From Octopus sinensis (Eukaryota), in NCBI RefSeq assembly GCF_006345805.1, contig NC_042997.1, positions 182,218,001 through 182,282,000 of the forward strand: 64,000 bases of DNA. The letters run 5' to 3'. The notes beneath the pieces are model-generated. The model did not search any database. It was not told the origin of the DNA and was given only the letters and a program-made list of their open reading frames with translations. Made by a program: the position numbers and the translations under genes. The stretch's first letter is position 1, and every line of letters begins with the position of its first letter. Of the stretch, positions 26,836 through 41,905 are shown in pieces.

Positions 26836-29167
26836 GTTGTTGAAAATGCTTATTATAATAATTACTTACATTAGAGCAAGACCATTTACTTGTGATGGCT
26901 TTGATCAACTGAACTGATCGCCAGACATGCTGAAGCTATTTTATTTCCCCCAGAGGAAACGAAGGTAAAATCGATCCAAGCAAGATTTGAACACAGAACA
27001 TAAAGCAATAAAACTATTGTTCAGTGTTTAGTTTGGTGCTTTACCATTTCTACCAGTGATAAATTTTTTCTGGTGACAATCTCATATCTAAAATGTTTAA
27101 TTACAATTATTTCATAATTAGATTTAAAGTCATAGGGAAATGTGATGCAAACAGGCTTCATATGGAAATTCATTTCTGTTTTTGCTACCAGTTACATTCC
27201 CTCACATAATTCAGCAAAAATAGTGGTGATTATTGAGCATATCTTCTGTCAATTCACATGTTAAGATGTGTTAATGATTGATTTTATCTAATGTTTTTTA
27301 ACTAGTTCATGAATATCACAATTGTTATCCACCCTTTTCAAAACTACATTTAGTGAGATACTGATTTTCTTATTGCTTATGTTGAAACCAAGTTCCTCAT
27401 GAGTGGTCTAGTAATTAATGCTATTTTATTCACTATCACTTGTTCAAATATCCTACTTGTGTGATCATCAACATTGGTATCTCTTGGTATCAATAAATTT
27501 ATTCCCTTGAATTTATGTGTTCTAAGATGGCTGCATAAGCTTATTTCTAACAATTGCAACAATTGAGATACAACTGAACCTAAGAGACTTCATTGTTACT
27601 CTGCCTTCCCTCCTTTAACATCAGCCTTTTCTTTATGGCTACTTTTTAAGTCACATCTAATGTGGCACTTTTTACTCATGAATGGATGATAAACTGCATC
27701 AACAGTACACAAGGTATCATCAACATGAAAGTTTTTGAATATTCATTTTAGTTGATATGTGTATCAGTGCTCTAAATGCGTTCCCTCCTACAATTTTCTG
27801 TACATAAGCCTCTACAGCAATCACAGATTCAGTAGTCTTTAAACCACTCACAGCTGGTGATGTGACATTTCGACCTAATTCTGTTTAGTATGATCCATTC
27901 AAGAATTTTGTTATTTCTAGCATGGTCTTACTAACATATGCACCACAGACTCACCACTTATCTGACAAAAGTGTTTCAAAACACTTTGAATATATTTTGA
28001 CAGGGTTAATGGTTGGTGTCACAGATAAAATATATATCTTGAAAACTTTTCTATTGTAGCCCTATTTTACCACTGATATGCTACAATGAACAACTCTGAG
28101 GTTACTGATGATGACAATGGTTTTAACATAATGTATTTACTCCATAAAAGATGGAAAAGCAATGTTATAATCAACAGATTGTTTTTTAATATCAAAGAAT
28201 TATTTTGTTATATTTTTTGGTTAATTAATTTAGATCCAGTATATTACAGGCACTTTAGACATGAAAACAATTAATAGTCATAGGATAACAATTTTCAAGT
28301 AGATAAACTATCAAAAAAATTTAAGTCTGTGTTAGTACAAGTATACAAGTATTCTAATGAAAATTTTATTCAGTTGAGGCTAATAATTTACTAAGTGTAA
28401 ATGTTTGCTGAAATATGACAGTCTTCAGCTGTGGTTTTTAAGTTGAAGAGCTTTTTATGACCCATTGTCATTCTGGCAGTAATAACGTGGACCATTTTAA
28501 TCATAGCACCTCATTCTTTGTTCTATTATTAGAACTTTTGCCTGAAATGTTTTTATTACCCCAAAGTATTCAGATCAAACTTTTGCACTGGCCTATATTA
28601 TTACTCTTGTTGGTATAGTCATTCTTTCAGAATTCACTGCTTGAAAATTGATATTAGGTAAGTTTTAAAATTGTAAAATCACTGTGATTTTAAAAAATAC
28701 TAATTATCACAATTCTGAAAATCATTTGTTGAATGATGAAATATTCTGCGAACTAAAACCAAAAAAACATTATGCAACTATCAATGTGAAGTCAATATTT
28801 TCTATAACATTAACAGAAATGTACCTTATCAACTAAATGCGTATTCTTATTTGGATTCAACTGACTGCAAAATGTCTTTAATTCATTGATAGCTTATCTG
28901 TTCCATGAGACCTTATTTTCATAGATTTGAAACAACACTTCCTGGTTATTTTCAAAGTTCCTTCAAAAGCGTTTAATATGCTTGTTTTACTTTGCATTTG
29001 TTTCACAGGTCGCAAAGTTTTCAGAAGGGTCTTTTGAAGATGGTTTTTACCAAACTCATCTGAGAACCTCCTCTTTGTATTCATATGCACCCCAAGTTTT
29101 CTGTACCTTAACACAAGTTTTATCAACATTTTCTTTTTGAAATTAATAATATTCTTTTCCAATTTAG

Positions 29168-29313
29168 GTAAAATCAAATACACCGAACGAGTATATGACG
29201 CCTGTATGGATGCATTTGACTGCCTGCCTCTAGCAGCCTTAATGAACCAACAATTTTTGTGTGTCCATGGAGGTCTCTCACCAGAAGTACATACTTTAGA
29301 AGATATAAGAAAA
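29168..29313 (+). CDS. PPP3CA: Calcineurin A exon: (C)[48 protein letters not shown]
   Basis: tttag|GTAAAATC...AGAAAA|gtgagt; 146 nt; HGG motif; phase 1 start matches. Confidence 0.97.
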
Positions 29314-29759
29314 GTGAGTAATACACAGTCTGTATTTCATCTCTTCATTCTTCATTCTGTGTATAAATGTTCATAATTTCTGTATATTTATTGATCACTT
29401 TCTTGAAAATAGTAGTAAAAATAGTACTAATAGTTGTAACCACTATTGATTTCTCCTTGTAGAAGTGGAGGATGGACTTCACACATTATCCCTGATCAAT
29501 TCAGCCATTTATTCCAGTATAGTATTTTATTGATTCTGGAACAGATCTGACAGGAGTCAAAAATTGCACCTAAACATTTCAAGTTTAACACTTCACCCAT
29601 TGGTTTATTGTTGTATGTAAATATTTGTAAATCTTTTTAATAACATTGCAGTTGTTTACAGAAACCAGTTTTATCATTTAATTCATCCTAAAATAATCTC
29701 CATGCTCATAATTTGAAAGGATGTTTCTGGTAGTTTAGAATTTAGAGGAATTCTTCTCA

Positions 29760-30332
29760 GCCTTTTATGAATAAAATTTATGATTTTGGTATCTTCCAAG
29801 TGCTAATAACAGTTTATGTTTCAAAATCTTGGGAATGTTAATTTCAAAAGGAAAAATTGAATTTAGTACCAGTTTGCACTCATCATGCTCATCAGGGATA
29901 AATCCAAACTTCAAGAACTCCACCGAATATTGACAAGTCTTCTTGCTTTGTTTACTCATTTGAAAAAGGGCTGACACAGATCCAAGAAAGTGATGAAGTG
30001 ATGATGATTTTTGCACAGCATAGAAAGAAAGGGATCCGAAGCATTAATCAGCAGTAGTGAGCAGAGTTGACTGCTGCTTCTATAAATGCTTGACACTGGA
30101 CAATAGATATTGAAACAGAGAAACAAATACCTAACAAGTGCAGATACCTCACTAGGTATGCTGATTGGTCATAGCTATGAGTCATATGGTTTAAGTATAA
30201 ATATTTCATGGTGATGATTTTTTTACATTTCAATATCCAAAGGTAGGCTTAGGGTCGACACGTGTGCACTGAAATCACTTGGAAAAATTTTCACAACACA
30301 TGCTAATGCATGCCCCACGTTGAGAAACAGTG
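29760..30332 (-). mobile_element. hAT (Charlie/Buster-type) internally deleted element
   Basis: Minus-strand terminus CACTGTTTCTCAACGTGGGG next to the NTCTAGAN-type target CTCTAGAT (30333-30340). N-terminal peptide MSKQSKKTCQYSVEFLKFGFIP is fused to a C-terminal-like KLLLA segment. Confidence 0.7.
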
Positions 30333-33300
30333 CTCTAGATCTGCAGTAAAAAGACACTCTGCATCAGCTATCCAGAAAGAAATGGAATGATAACTTCCTT
30401 TCATTTTTTCAATGTCATTAATATCTGATAATTTCATTTCACTGAGAAAAATTATGTTTACAGAGGTATTTATTTCAGTGGTCCAGTAAAATCTTTTTCT
30501 ATTAATAGTTTTGATGCTTCTCACAAGCTGGGGAGAAATAGCAGCATTCTTTTGTCAGTAATGCATTGTCATTACAAAGCAATACAAGACTTTCAAGTAT
30601 TCACATTAGTTATGAGAAATGCCCATCACTTTCACAACTTCTTAAAAATCTAACTTAAAATTGTCACAGTACACATAGCAAGCAACATCTACTTTTCCCT
30701 CTCATTAAGCCCTACTTCACCTTATGATTTGTACTGTAGATGTATTTTATGATGCATGTTTTTGCTACCAACAAAACAAAGTGTGTGTGTGTGTGTGTGC
30801 ATGCATGCAAAATCCATTCCTTCCTCCAAAATATGTAACTTCTATGGGTGTAAGAGTTTCCTGGTGGCAAATACATTAATATATGCATATTTTGGGAAAA
30901 GCATATCATTCCTTAAAAAAGAAAGGGTAAAACAGAAAACTTTCTTTGTAGGCCATTTTAACATTAAAATAGGAAGTCTAAATTCAGGTGGACAAACATC
31001 CTGAATTTAAAATGAGCATATCCAGAAATATTTTCTAATGTTGAGGACTTTTTTTTTCAGCCTAGCATGGGTTAAATTGGTCCACTAATTTCTGTTATTA
31101 TATATAGTCTTGGAGCTCTTATAACTAAGTGTTATTCTTGTCATAAAATAGGACTACTACTCAAACTGTAGGTTTTCAATTTTTAATATTCTCTCATAAA
31201 TTATATTTAATAGAAAACTTTCTCTTAAAACTCTTATAAATTCAATTGTATTCATCCTACATATCTATGTTGGGTGAATGTTAGTTTTACTGAAGACTTG
31301 GTTCATTGTTCTGTATGTAAAGGCAAGTCAATTAACCTGAAATAAATATATAAATAAGAGTAAGGAGAAACAAACTGCCTTATTAGATTTATTTTCTCAT
31401 TAAAAACTTTCAACTTCATGATCTAGGTAAAGCAAGTTAATACTTGTTCTGAAGATAATAGCTACATTGTCCAGAAGAGGAGGCATCATTGTGTAGATTT
31501 GATTTATTATTGAATTAAATTGCTTCTTTAGTTTTTAAAACAATAAGTGAGAAAAGATTTTTTTTTTTAAATATTAATTTAAAAGTTTGCAATTCTTGTT
31601 GCATTATACACAATTTTATATTAAGATTTCCATCAATTTGAATGTTTAAGTTAATACCTGGGTGTTATGTATATAAACTTCATTTTTCACTTCTGCTTAA
31701 TGTATTGAACATATTAATAAATAATTGAGTGAAGTAATTGATTAGGCATAGTGCAAGATTTGTCACCCATTTACTACAGTTATAGGCAAGCACCTTTTTT
31801 CAAGTAGTGACTATTTGTCTTGTTGGAAATTGGAATTTGGTTTTAGTTTGATAGGTTGGTTAGTGCTGAGGAAGACATTCAGTTATAAAACACATTCTTA
31901 AATGTTCTATTTATAACTATGTGAATGTAAATATAAATTGTTACTGCTATGTAAGTGCTATTAATTTACAAAGGTTGATTTCTTATGTAAGCATGTGACC
32001 TTAGTTTTATTATGTAAGAGACAATCATGTCTTTCCTGAAGCTGTTAGTTATGTCACCTGTTTCAGTTGTCATGAAAACATTGTTATACTAAAATAGTTA
32101 GCAATTAGGGAACCCATGAACTGCATAAGCAAATGGGGGAGGTCTTTATGTAGCTACTTAACCTGCTAGAAACAACAAACAAATATCTCTTAAACTGACC
32201 TTTCATTTAAGACTTATACAGGTCCTATGTCAGTCAAGGTTAACTCTGCATCTGTGTGGGCAAGTATGGGTGTGATTTTTTTGAGGATGACTGGCAGTTG
32301 CCCATACATGCAAGTTTCCTTCTCTCCACATCACTGATAATTATATATGGGAAAGGCCACCAACCAGGACTGTTAGAGCTTGGCATCAGTGTTGTTACAA
32401 GTGTTGTCAGTATAGAATAAACCAAAAGAGAAACTGCTTAACATCTTACCCAACTCTCTAACAGTTCTACAAATGTATTGCCCTGGATTTTTACGTTTTT
32501 TTTATCAACTCCAAAAAGATAAAAGGTAAAGTTGACACCAGCAAGATTTGAACAGAACAAATGCTCTAATAACTCTACCAATTTGTCACCTTATCAGACA
32601 TACAAAAATACTGAATTGTCAGAAATGGGATACTTTTAATCATAAGTCGGTTCAATCAGATCCTGGGGCTAAACATCTCTTTGAACTAATCAAACAGCTC
32701 GCTAGTTATAGCAGAGAGTTTCTATTTATTGAGTGACCTAATTTGTGCTACAGGTGGTTGTAGTGAAAGTACAATAGCTACTGTAAGAAAGGGATGAAAA
32801 GTTCAGTGTATCGTTTCCTCTTTTCACATCAATAGGATCCTCTCCCCACACAAAAGGCATATCAATTGCAGCATGTTTAAGAAATGTAATACTGCTTTGT
32901 AGTAAGAAATGGATATTGAATATGTACAATCTGTGAAAATTAGAGAAAAATTAGTCAAGTATGATCTGTTAGATGTGTAAGGTCAACTTGATAAAAGGCA
33001 GAACATACATGAGTTTACTAAGTTGTTGGACATTCCATGCATCAGCCAATGTAAGTAGTCATGACAGAAGCACTAGTAATTGACATGACATGAAGAGATG
33101 ACAAGCTATACTGATGGCCTACTCAACTCATACTGGATAAATGGATACTAAGGCAAGGACAGCTTCAGCAATGAAACAGCAATACATCTTGCCATGGATT
33201 TGCTGATGTAGCATGGCACCACCCAATAATTATATTAAACATAGAATATAACAAGCAAATGAAATTATTTTGTTCATTTAAGTCATCATGGTTATAATCA

Positions 33301-36300
33301 TGTGGATGCATGACTAATGTATGATGTTGATGCCATCTTTACCTGTATATGATCAGGTGCTTGTTTTTCATGGTTAATCATTATATATACAAAAATAAGC
33401 TTAGTGCTTGTATTTGAAAGAGTAGTGACATAATAGTTCAATATGTTCTTTAAATTATATATCATTCCTACAACCAAGGTACTTGAGTGACATTGATGGT
33501 AGTGTATCAAGCAAAATGCCTTCAAGCACTGGTTCTCAGACTAATGAATACCAGTTCTAACCCCACCAACTAAAAAGTTAAAGCTTTTGTCCTTTCTTTC
33601 ATCACCAAAGTGTTGGACAGTTCAATCATTTTTAAACCATCTTAATTTTATTAAACTTGGTAATTTGTCCATCTTTTTAATCTTCACAAATCTCACTCTT
33701 AAGAGAAACACTACCTTACAGTATTTAGTTTTGTTTCTGAGTTGATAAAATAAGTACCAGGCTTTATTGGTGACAATCCTGTTGGCTAAATGCCCTCCCT
33801 TACTGATTCTGACCATGTACCAATATAAGAAAACATTACTGCTACAAATTAATTAAATTTTGTTTTTGTTTTTTTGTTGTTGTTTTTTTGTGGGGGTGGT
33901 TGCAGTGCTGTATACATGACACATTTTGAGGATTCTATGCTGTTTTAGTGGATAGTTAAATTTAAAGTATATAAACTTCTAAAGAACCAACAAAACCTAA
34001 CCTACATCACAACTACATCTTCTCCATAAGAAATATTAGTGAATAAATAGTATCTCTTAGAGATATACTTAAGTTTCCTTTAAACAACCATATTTTGGCA
34101 TCTTACCAACATTTTTCTCTGGTGCTGTTTTATATGTTTTCCTTCCTTTCCTTCATCAGCATCTGCCTCTCTGTATCTTTCTTAATAAAACTTCAATAAA
34201 ACATTCCTCTCATCTCTCTTGTAATCAACAATTTTATTCTGCACTAAACAACCTCTAGAACCAGCTGTTTCATCCTTATTGCCTACAATAAAGTCTTACT
34301 CACTATTATTTTCGTTCAGTATTTATGATTTTTAGCCAACTTCATCGAAAGATTGAAGCTGTTTACTTACAATCTACTCTGTAACTTTAGGAAGACTAAT
34401 GTACAAGTATAATTTAGCAGCAGTATGTTGAAGTATAAGAAATATGAATCCAACATATATGCATGTGATAACCATCTTATAATACAGAAGAATAAAATGA
34501 GCATTCACCTCAAACATTTAACCAGTAAGGAAGCCCCTATATGGTCACTCAACATGCTACAGTAGCAGCCAAATCACCCTCATATATATCATATATAAGA
34601 TACCTTGGTATCTTAAAGCATGGGATGTGGCATTGGACAATGTTGTCATCTTTTTTTTTTCCACTTAGAGAGGGAAAGGCAACATCTATGACCCTTGAAG
34701 TTTTTCCAAGGCCTCTAAGACTGGTGAATAAAAGGGAAGAAATTATCTTCAAACTAGAGATCCTGCCCAAATGCTTGCAATTGAGTGAACTTCACAAAAC
34801 ACACCTAAGGACCAGCTGGTGATATTAAACTAAGTGGCAAATGATATCTACCATATTCCAAAAACTCAAAACATATAAAGCCAGAACAAGTACTACAAGA
34901 TATCTTGTCCAACTATATTCCACTATATTTTCTCTGGGCTGGTATTGAAACAAACCTGCAAAGCATTTTGTTAAACACTGTATCAACTTTACCAATTCGT
35001 TTCAGAAAAAAAAATGACAAAATTGTCACAAGCCCTTCTTGATCAGGCTAAACAATAAAAGCAATGTTTAATGAAAGTAAAAACCATATTAAAAAATCAG
35101 AAAAAAAAATTAATTTGGTTATTATGGCTATTTAAATACTCATCCCTTTGATCTTGTTATGCATTTTCAATTACAAAATACAAAGCTTACTAAATTTGAT
35201 ATTCCCTCCTCTTCTCAAAAGTCCTTAGGATTTTGTTGATAAAGAAGTTCTATAAAAAATAAATGAAGGATTTAGTTTTAAGAAACAATAGCCATTTCTT
35301 CAGAATAATACTAAATATATGGTTTCGTAAAGACAAATCAGTTGAGAGTGAACCCCTTGAAGACAAAGTGATTGATAGCACAATAGGAAAGAGGAACAGC
35401 TACACATTTTCTTTTTAGATCTTTGTTTTGAATAAGTTTCTAAGTTCTGTCAGAATAATAAAAAATTTCAAGTGAGTGATGTTACCCAATTCAATCAATC
35501 AGTTCTTTATACTGATGTCTACTTAAGGTTTAAAAACAGAAACTATGTCTAGGAAATGAAATTAAAAGTATCTCCCTTATTTTAGATATGTTTTATGTTC
35601 TCTTACATTACATTCATCATATAGACTTGCAAGTTGCTCTATCCAGTTATATACTTTGATTGAAAACTTATATAATTATAAATGATGTTCACTGAAATGC
35701 AAAGCAAACTGGATATAATTGATTTATATAAATTAAATTACTCTTTTTAAGTAAAAGAAAAGTTGCTCATAAATAATAATAAATGGTACTGTCCGATATA
35801 ATCTAATATTTAAACATTTTTTGGCCAAGAGCGTAAAGTCAGTCTCTCAATAAACCAAGTTTAAAACACAATTTGATTTCTTAATTGAAAACATTTCATT
35901 TGACCTACACCGCTTGAGCTAAAGAACCTATATATGTGAGTACTTGACTTGCTAGAAATATTTGGCAAATTTCCTTCAAATGACACTTTACTTAGAAAAT
36001 TGACAAAATGGATAATATAGTATTAGATATACAAAAAGACAGAATGCTCACAGCTGGAATATCTTTAATCATAGGTCTGCCCAGTCAGAATTGACCTGGA
36101 AGCTAAACAAAATCATTTATGCTCTCAAAAATGGTAATAAATTTCACAACCTTTGTCTCCATTCCATTGTATCTTTATAGAGTATCCATATAGTTGAAAC
36201 ATTTTCCTATTGTCATAGAGAATCTACTTCATCGTTTTCCTCTGCAACAAGGAGAGTATAAATATTGGTAGTCCATTTTATTGTATATATTTTAAAGTGG

Positions 36301-36506
36301 GGAAATTTCTAGTTTTCATACAGCATTATTTTTACCTTTTATATCCTAAACTATGCAATGGTGAATGTTTGCCCTTTAAGCCATTATGTTATGGGACAAG
36401 CATTCATCATAGGAGATATATGTGTCAGATACACATCAAACTCAACATGTGGTCAGAAAGTTGTCACTTGGATATAACTCTGCAAGCCAAAATCACTTAG
36501 ATAATC

Positions 36507-36945
36507 GAATCATCATCATTGTCATTATTTTGTCTATTTTCCATGTTTGTATGGACTGAAGAAGTTTTTCCAGGACAATGTCTAATCAGCTTGTTAGTCC
36601 TCAGTCATATCTATGAGATCAGGCTTCTTTACTTATTCTTATAATTTATATGGTCTTCCTTTTCCACAAGTCCACTAGATATTTCACCAAACTGTCATCC
36701 TAAATATGCATTACATGTCCATATTAGTAGTCTTACCTTCTGTATGCCACAGCTGATTTGTCTTTTACCCAGTTTTTGACTCAACTCATTTGTGTTCTAT
36801 TGTTCATACACACCAGCATTATTACATCCAACGGAGCATATTTGTCTCATTTCTTTCCAGCATATGCACATCTTCAGTGCCTGTGCTTCACCATCATACA
36901 ATATTGCACATGATACTCAAGCATCATATAATCTGCCCTTTTTCC
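36507..36945 (-). mobile_element. RTE-clade LINE 3' fragment (RT C-terminus and tail)
   Basis: Minus-strand frameshifted remnants KGRLYDA..AILYDGE..LERNETNMLRWM..GHVMH..CGKGRP, followed by a (GAT)n-type tail. Confidence 0.72.
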
Positions 36946-39632
36946 ATCCCATTCTCACTCTACATTTTCAGAACATACACTTCCACTGCTGATTAAGTCA
37001 CCAAGGCAACAAAAGCTCTCGACTACTTCTAGTAAACCTTTTGTGCATTTGAAATTATCAATTTCATGAGTGCTCTTTCTGCTAGCTGCCCCCATACATC
37101 TTATCTGAAAACCTTCTCTGTCAGCTTGTCCTTGTTCTCATTACATTTCTTGTGCACTCATAGTTTCATTGGCTTAGAATTCAATGCAGAATTCCAACTT
37201 ATTTTCTAAACCATGAAAACAGCTGTAACCTACAAATGTCCAAGCTGAACATCATCCACTTAACTCTAACCAGTCTGTAAGGACTTGTAAAAGTCATAGG
37301 CACTATCCTGCCTCCTCTAACAAGCTTATAAAATTTAAAAAGTAAATTAAATACTTGCTAAATATACAGTGGTGAGTTGTACCACACCTTATATACATGC
37401 TTATGTCTATGTAGACTTAAATTTTCAGTCTTGAATGTATGACAGTATTGACCATGCACATGGGGCACTGCTAGAAACAGGTTATACAGTGCCAATCTTT
37501 AAACTGGTATTCCATCTTTCATCTCCTCTACCTACTATGGCTCATAAAATATGAAATATATGAAACCAAACACCAACCTGATCAAGCAAGATTCTTTAGA
37601 TTCTCTAGCAAAATGATTGGACTACTAAATAAAAATGATTCCAAACTTCCCTAGACACATTCCATTCTCTCAGGAAATCTGCCTGAAACTTAGGCATTTA
37701 CCATTATATATTCAAGGATCCAAATCATTACAACTTGTTGTTAGCTATAGCAGCAGCATCATTTAACATCTGTTGTCCATGCTGGCATGGGTTGGCTGGT
37801 TTGACTGAGCTGGCACACTGGAAGGCTGCACCAGACTCCAAGCTGATTTGACATGGTTTTCTATGTCTGGATGCCCTTCCTAATGCCAACCATTTCAAGG
37901 GTGTAATGGATGCTTTTTACATGCCAATTTGCATGACACTGGTATCTGCCACCTCCTTGAAAAAGGTGCATACACAATCTATGAATAAGTGAACTAGATT
38001 TGGTTTTGCAGTAGTTTACATTTGTGGAATTACTCTTAGTAAAACTTAGTATGTAAATTTCTTCAAGATTTATGCTTTTTTTCTAATTTTCTTCATTATC
38101 CAGTGATGAAATTATTATATGTTCTGTATGGTGTTGAATGACAAATATAAAAATATGAGAAATTTCAATGTTTCTTAAGAGTTTATCTGTTAATGTCTGT
38201 TCAATAACATTGCTGAAAATAACTGCTGAGTTATATTTTCTTAATTGTTTAAAAGACGTTTCTTCATTAATTACAGTATTACTCTATAATCTATTAATCT
38301 GGCAGATTGTCTTTGAAAGCTTGTATTTGAACAAATATCATATGTATTGTGAAATATATAAAGAACCTATCTCAAGCCTGTTGAAGGGCTTCTAGTCAGT
38401 AAAGCTATATGCTCTAGAGTAAATTGAGAGAAGTTGTTTTTTTTTTTTTTGGTATGCACATGCAGGTTTTCTAGTTAAACCCCTAGCAAAATATAAACTG
38501 TATTATTTAAAAAAACAACAATGTCCTATTGCCCAGCTCTCTTGTTTAGAAGGCTGAATTTTAATTTTGATTTTAAAATCAATACTTTTGTTGTTACCCC
38601 TCAATAAGTTGTTTCAATGATGTCAATGGAATTTACAAGATAAAAAAAATCATGTTAAATATTTTTATTTTACTGACTTGTTTATACTCTTAATGTGAAG
38701 CCAAAAACTTTACAACTTTAGGTTGCTTTAGTCTCCAATGACTGAAACAAGTGAAAAATAAGGATGGATAAACATTTGACCTGCTAATTGTAATGCTAAA
38801 CCACAATTTCACCAGTTTGGGATGACCTATAAAGATCATGGGCACTGCTCTTCTCCTCTAACTTATAACAAAATGAAAACAGAAATTCCTATTTTTAATG
38901 GAGTCATTAATTTATATTGGCTACTGCATTTTAAGATTTCATTCCTTTGTTTTTCCACATAGCTATTGTGAAAGGAGTGTTTTATACTGTTTTGTTATTT
39001 ACCAAAGAAAATTTAGTAGACCATTTTCAGACATAAGATTTAGAACAAGATTTTAGATCTTGTTACATTAGAACCACAATGTAAATAAACCAGCTTTCAT
39101 TTGTCTGTCAAGCACCAACAAATATTGCTATAAGGAAATTAAAAAGATTTTTTGGTAGTTATTAGTTTTTATAAGAGACTGTTTCTTTACAAGTAAACAG
39201 CTTGCATTTATATTTCTTTTCCAAATAATTAATTAATATTTTCTGAGGAAAATAGTAGAAATATTTCACATTTATGTAAAGCTGAAATTTTACAAGTCCA
39301 TTGCAAACATAACAAGCCAAACTTTTCTGTTTAGGTTGCTTTAAGTCCCCTATTACTTATTTGTTAATATGTAATTCTGGGAACTCCATAAAATATAATT
39401 GTGCTCATTTAGATAAATACTAGTGGACAGATATGTATCATAATGAATGAAGCTCTCAAAATCTCAGAAAACTTGTTCATCTGATTAAAAGTAGAATCTT
39501 AAAAGAAAGTTAGAGACAGGTTATCTGTAAAAAAAAATTAAATCATTGAAATAACTAACCATTCTTTTCATTACATAATATCAACTGTCAGTGACTAATG
39601 TTGCAAATAATTTGTTTTTCCTTTCCTTTCAG

Positions 39633-39772
39633 TTGGACAGATTCAAAGAACCACCAGCATTTGGTCCAATGTGTGATTTATTATGGTCCGATCCTCTGGA
39701 AGATTTTGGCAATGAAAAAACTACAGAACACTTTACACACAATAGTGTTAGGGGTTGCTCATATTTCTACAG
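39633..39772 (+). CDS. PPP3CA: Calcineurin A exon: [46 protein letters not shown](S)
   Basis: tttcag|TTGGACAGA...TTCTACAG|gtgtgt; 140 nt; DxLWSDP and RG motifs. Confidence 0.97.
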
Positions 39773-39921
39773 GTGTGTAATATTTTCTATTTTTTAATGG
39801 AAATGTCTAATAGCTGGACATGTTAGTATTTACAAAACCTATTATACTGAATGACTTATACATAAGACATTTGGCTTTGTTTTCAAAATTTAAAATCTCA
39901 CTGTTTTTTGCGTTTTTCCAG

Positions 39922-39999
39922 CTATGCAGCATGTTGTGATTTCTTGCAACAGAATAATCTATTATCTATAATCAGGGCACATGAAGCTCAGGATGCTGG
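39922..39999 (+). CDS. PPP3CA: Calcineurin A exon: (S)[25 protein letters not shown](G)
   Basis: ttccag|CTATGCAGC...GATGCTGG|gtaggt; 78 nt; RAHE motif; follows a 149-nt intron; phase 2 at both ends. Confidence 0.96.
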
Positions 40000-41810
40000 G
40001 TAGGTATAAATTGTTTCTATAGTTATTTGTGGAATACATAATTTTATCTTCCACTCTACTCCAATTTGTCAACGTATTTGACAATTTAATGTACACTTTA
40101 TTTTGAGTATTCTATATGCTTTCAATGAATCCCTTCCAACAGTTTGCTGCAAGAATTCATTCTCTCATGATCAAGCTAAAAAATTTGAATAGCTAAAATA
40201 CAACCTTTATGCTCTACATTTTCTTCTCACTGAACAAAATGTTCTTAACCCCTAATCAATATTTTCAATCAATCAATTATCATTGCAAGGGTAAGAAAAT
40301 ATGCTCCTATGTATATTAAATTTGTTTTTCACTTGTTTGCCTCAACATTTCACTACACTAACTATCTTCACTCTTAGTGATTCAATGTTATTGACTTTTT
40401 CTCTGATAAACAAACCTCAGAGCAATAGAATTATGATCCATCTAAAGCATTTGACTTAACTGTCCAATCATTGTAACTGAGTTTGCCTAAAATAGTTTAA
40501 ATTCATTCAATTGAATTATGACATTACTATTTTAGCTTGAGTTTTGATGTTCACCACACAAATCATTTATGAAATTAAAAAAGGCTTCCTGAGCAGTGAG
40601 AGAAATCATCATCATCATTTAATGTCTTTTCCATGCTGGCATGGCTCGAACAGTTTAACAGAAGCTGGCAAGCCTGAGGACTATATCAAGCTCTGTTGTC
40701 TGCTTTGGCATGGTTTCTACAGTTAGAAACCAACCACTTTGTTGTTGGATTCTACTGCTAGAAACTAAAACCAACCACTTTACAGAGTGTACAGAGGGTC
40801 ACCAAATAGCTTGCAAGACAAACACCTCTCAACTGGGAAGAGCAGTAGTATTGAGGGAGGTGGCTTTGTGCCAGTTGATGAGAGGTTAAAATATAATTGA
40901 GGGATAGGTGTCTATCTGTAGAGAAGATACATGGCTACTCCAGTTAGAAAAAAGAGAGAGAAATGGTGGTGGTGCTGGTGCTGGTGGAGAAGGAGGAGAT
41001 GTGTTGAGAGGACATACCCTCCCAGAGTACAGTCGGAAGGGTGAATGAATATAAGTGAAGTGGTACAGAAGATTGGACTGGGTGAGTAGGCAGGAAGGGG
41101 ATTAAAGAAGGAAGTTTCATAAGAGTATGAGGAAAGATGGGGTAGAGGTGACTGCAGCAAGTGATGGTGAGAAATATAGGAGTGGCACAAAGGAGCTATA
41201 GTAGATATGTGAAGGCACTGAGAGTGATAGCAGATAAGAGAGATGTTAGTTCTCTTCCTATGTCTTCTGAATTTACATTGTTCGGGGTATATTTGTAGAG
41301 GATTTCATTAAAAAATATCTACTTCGGTGAATTTTCCGAAATCTCCCACCCCACCCCCTCCTAAAACACTTTCCCAAAAAAAAATTGTATATTCGGAATC
41401 TGCATGATATAACACATATTCGTAGAAAATTTTAGTTAAAAATATCCATTTTTCTGAAAGTTATGATCATCCAAAGTTGTTGGGGAAAAAATCTGTAGTT
41501 TATGCCTTAATTTTTTTCATGTTTTTGTTGTTTTGTGTGTAATTTTTTTCTGACTGTGATTTTACATTACTCAGCCTCCACTTATTAACCATTCAGTATA
41601 TTTATGCAAATTCAAATTTTGCTTTGGGAGGTTATTGGAAGAAAATCCAAGATTAGGAAACAATGTAAACTGAATGTGAATTTTTCTTTTTACTAAGAAA
41701 ATGATTTATATTACTCAGCACTTTTGTTGGCGAATTTTATAAACCATGTCTAGTTTATTTAATACAAAGATATGTAAATTACTATTCAAAGGGTATTATT
41801 TTTATTCCAG

Positions 41811-41905
41811 GTATCGTATGTATAGGAAAAGTCACCAAACTGGTTTTCCGTCATTAATAACTATATTTTCAGCACCTAATTATTTGGATGTATACAACAA
41901 TAAAG
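41811..41905 (+). CDS. PPP3CA: Calcineurin A exon: (G)[31 protein letters not shown](A)
   Basis: ttccag|GTATCGTATG...AATAAAG|gtttgt; 95 nt; the [11 protein letters not shown] loop is diagnostic of PP2B rather than PP1/PP2A. Confidence 0.97.

Noticed and set aside
27050-29130. Possible minus-strand decayed transposase
   Set aside because: Only vague motif resemblance; I could not assign a family or boundaries.
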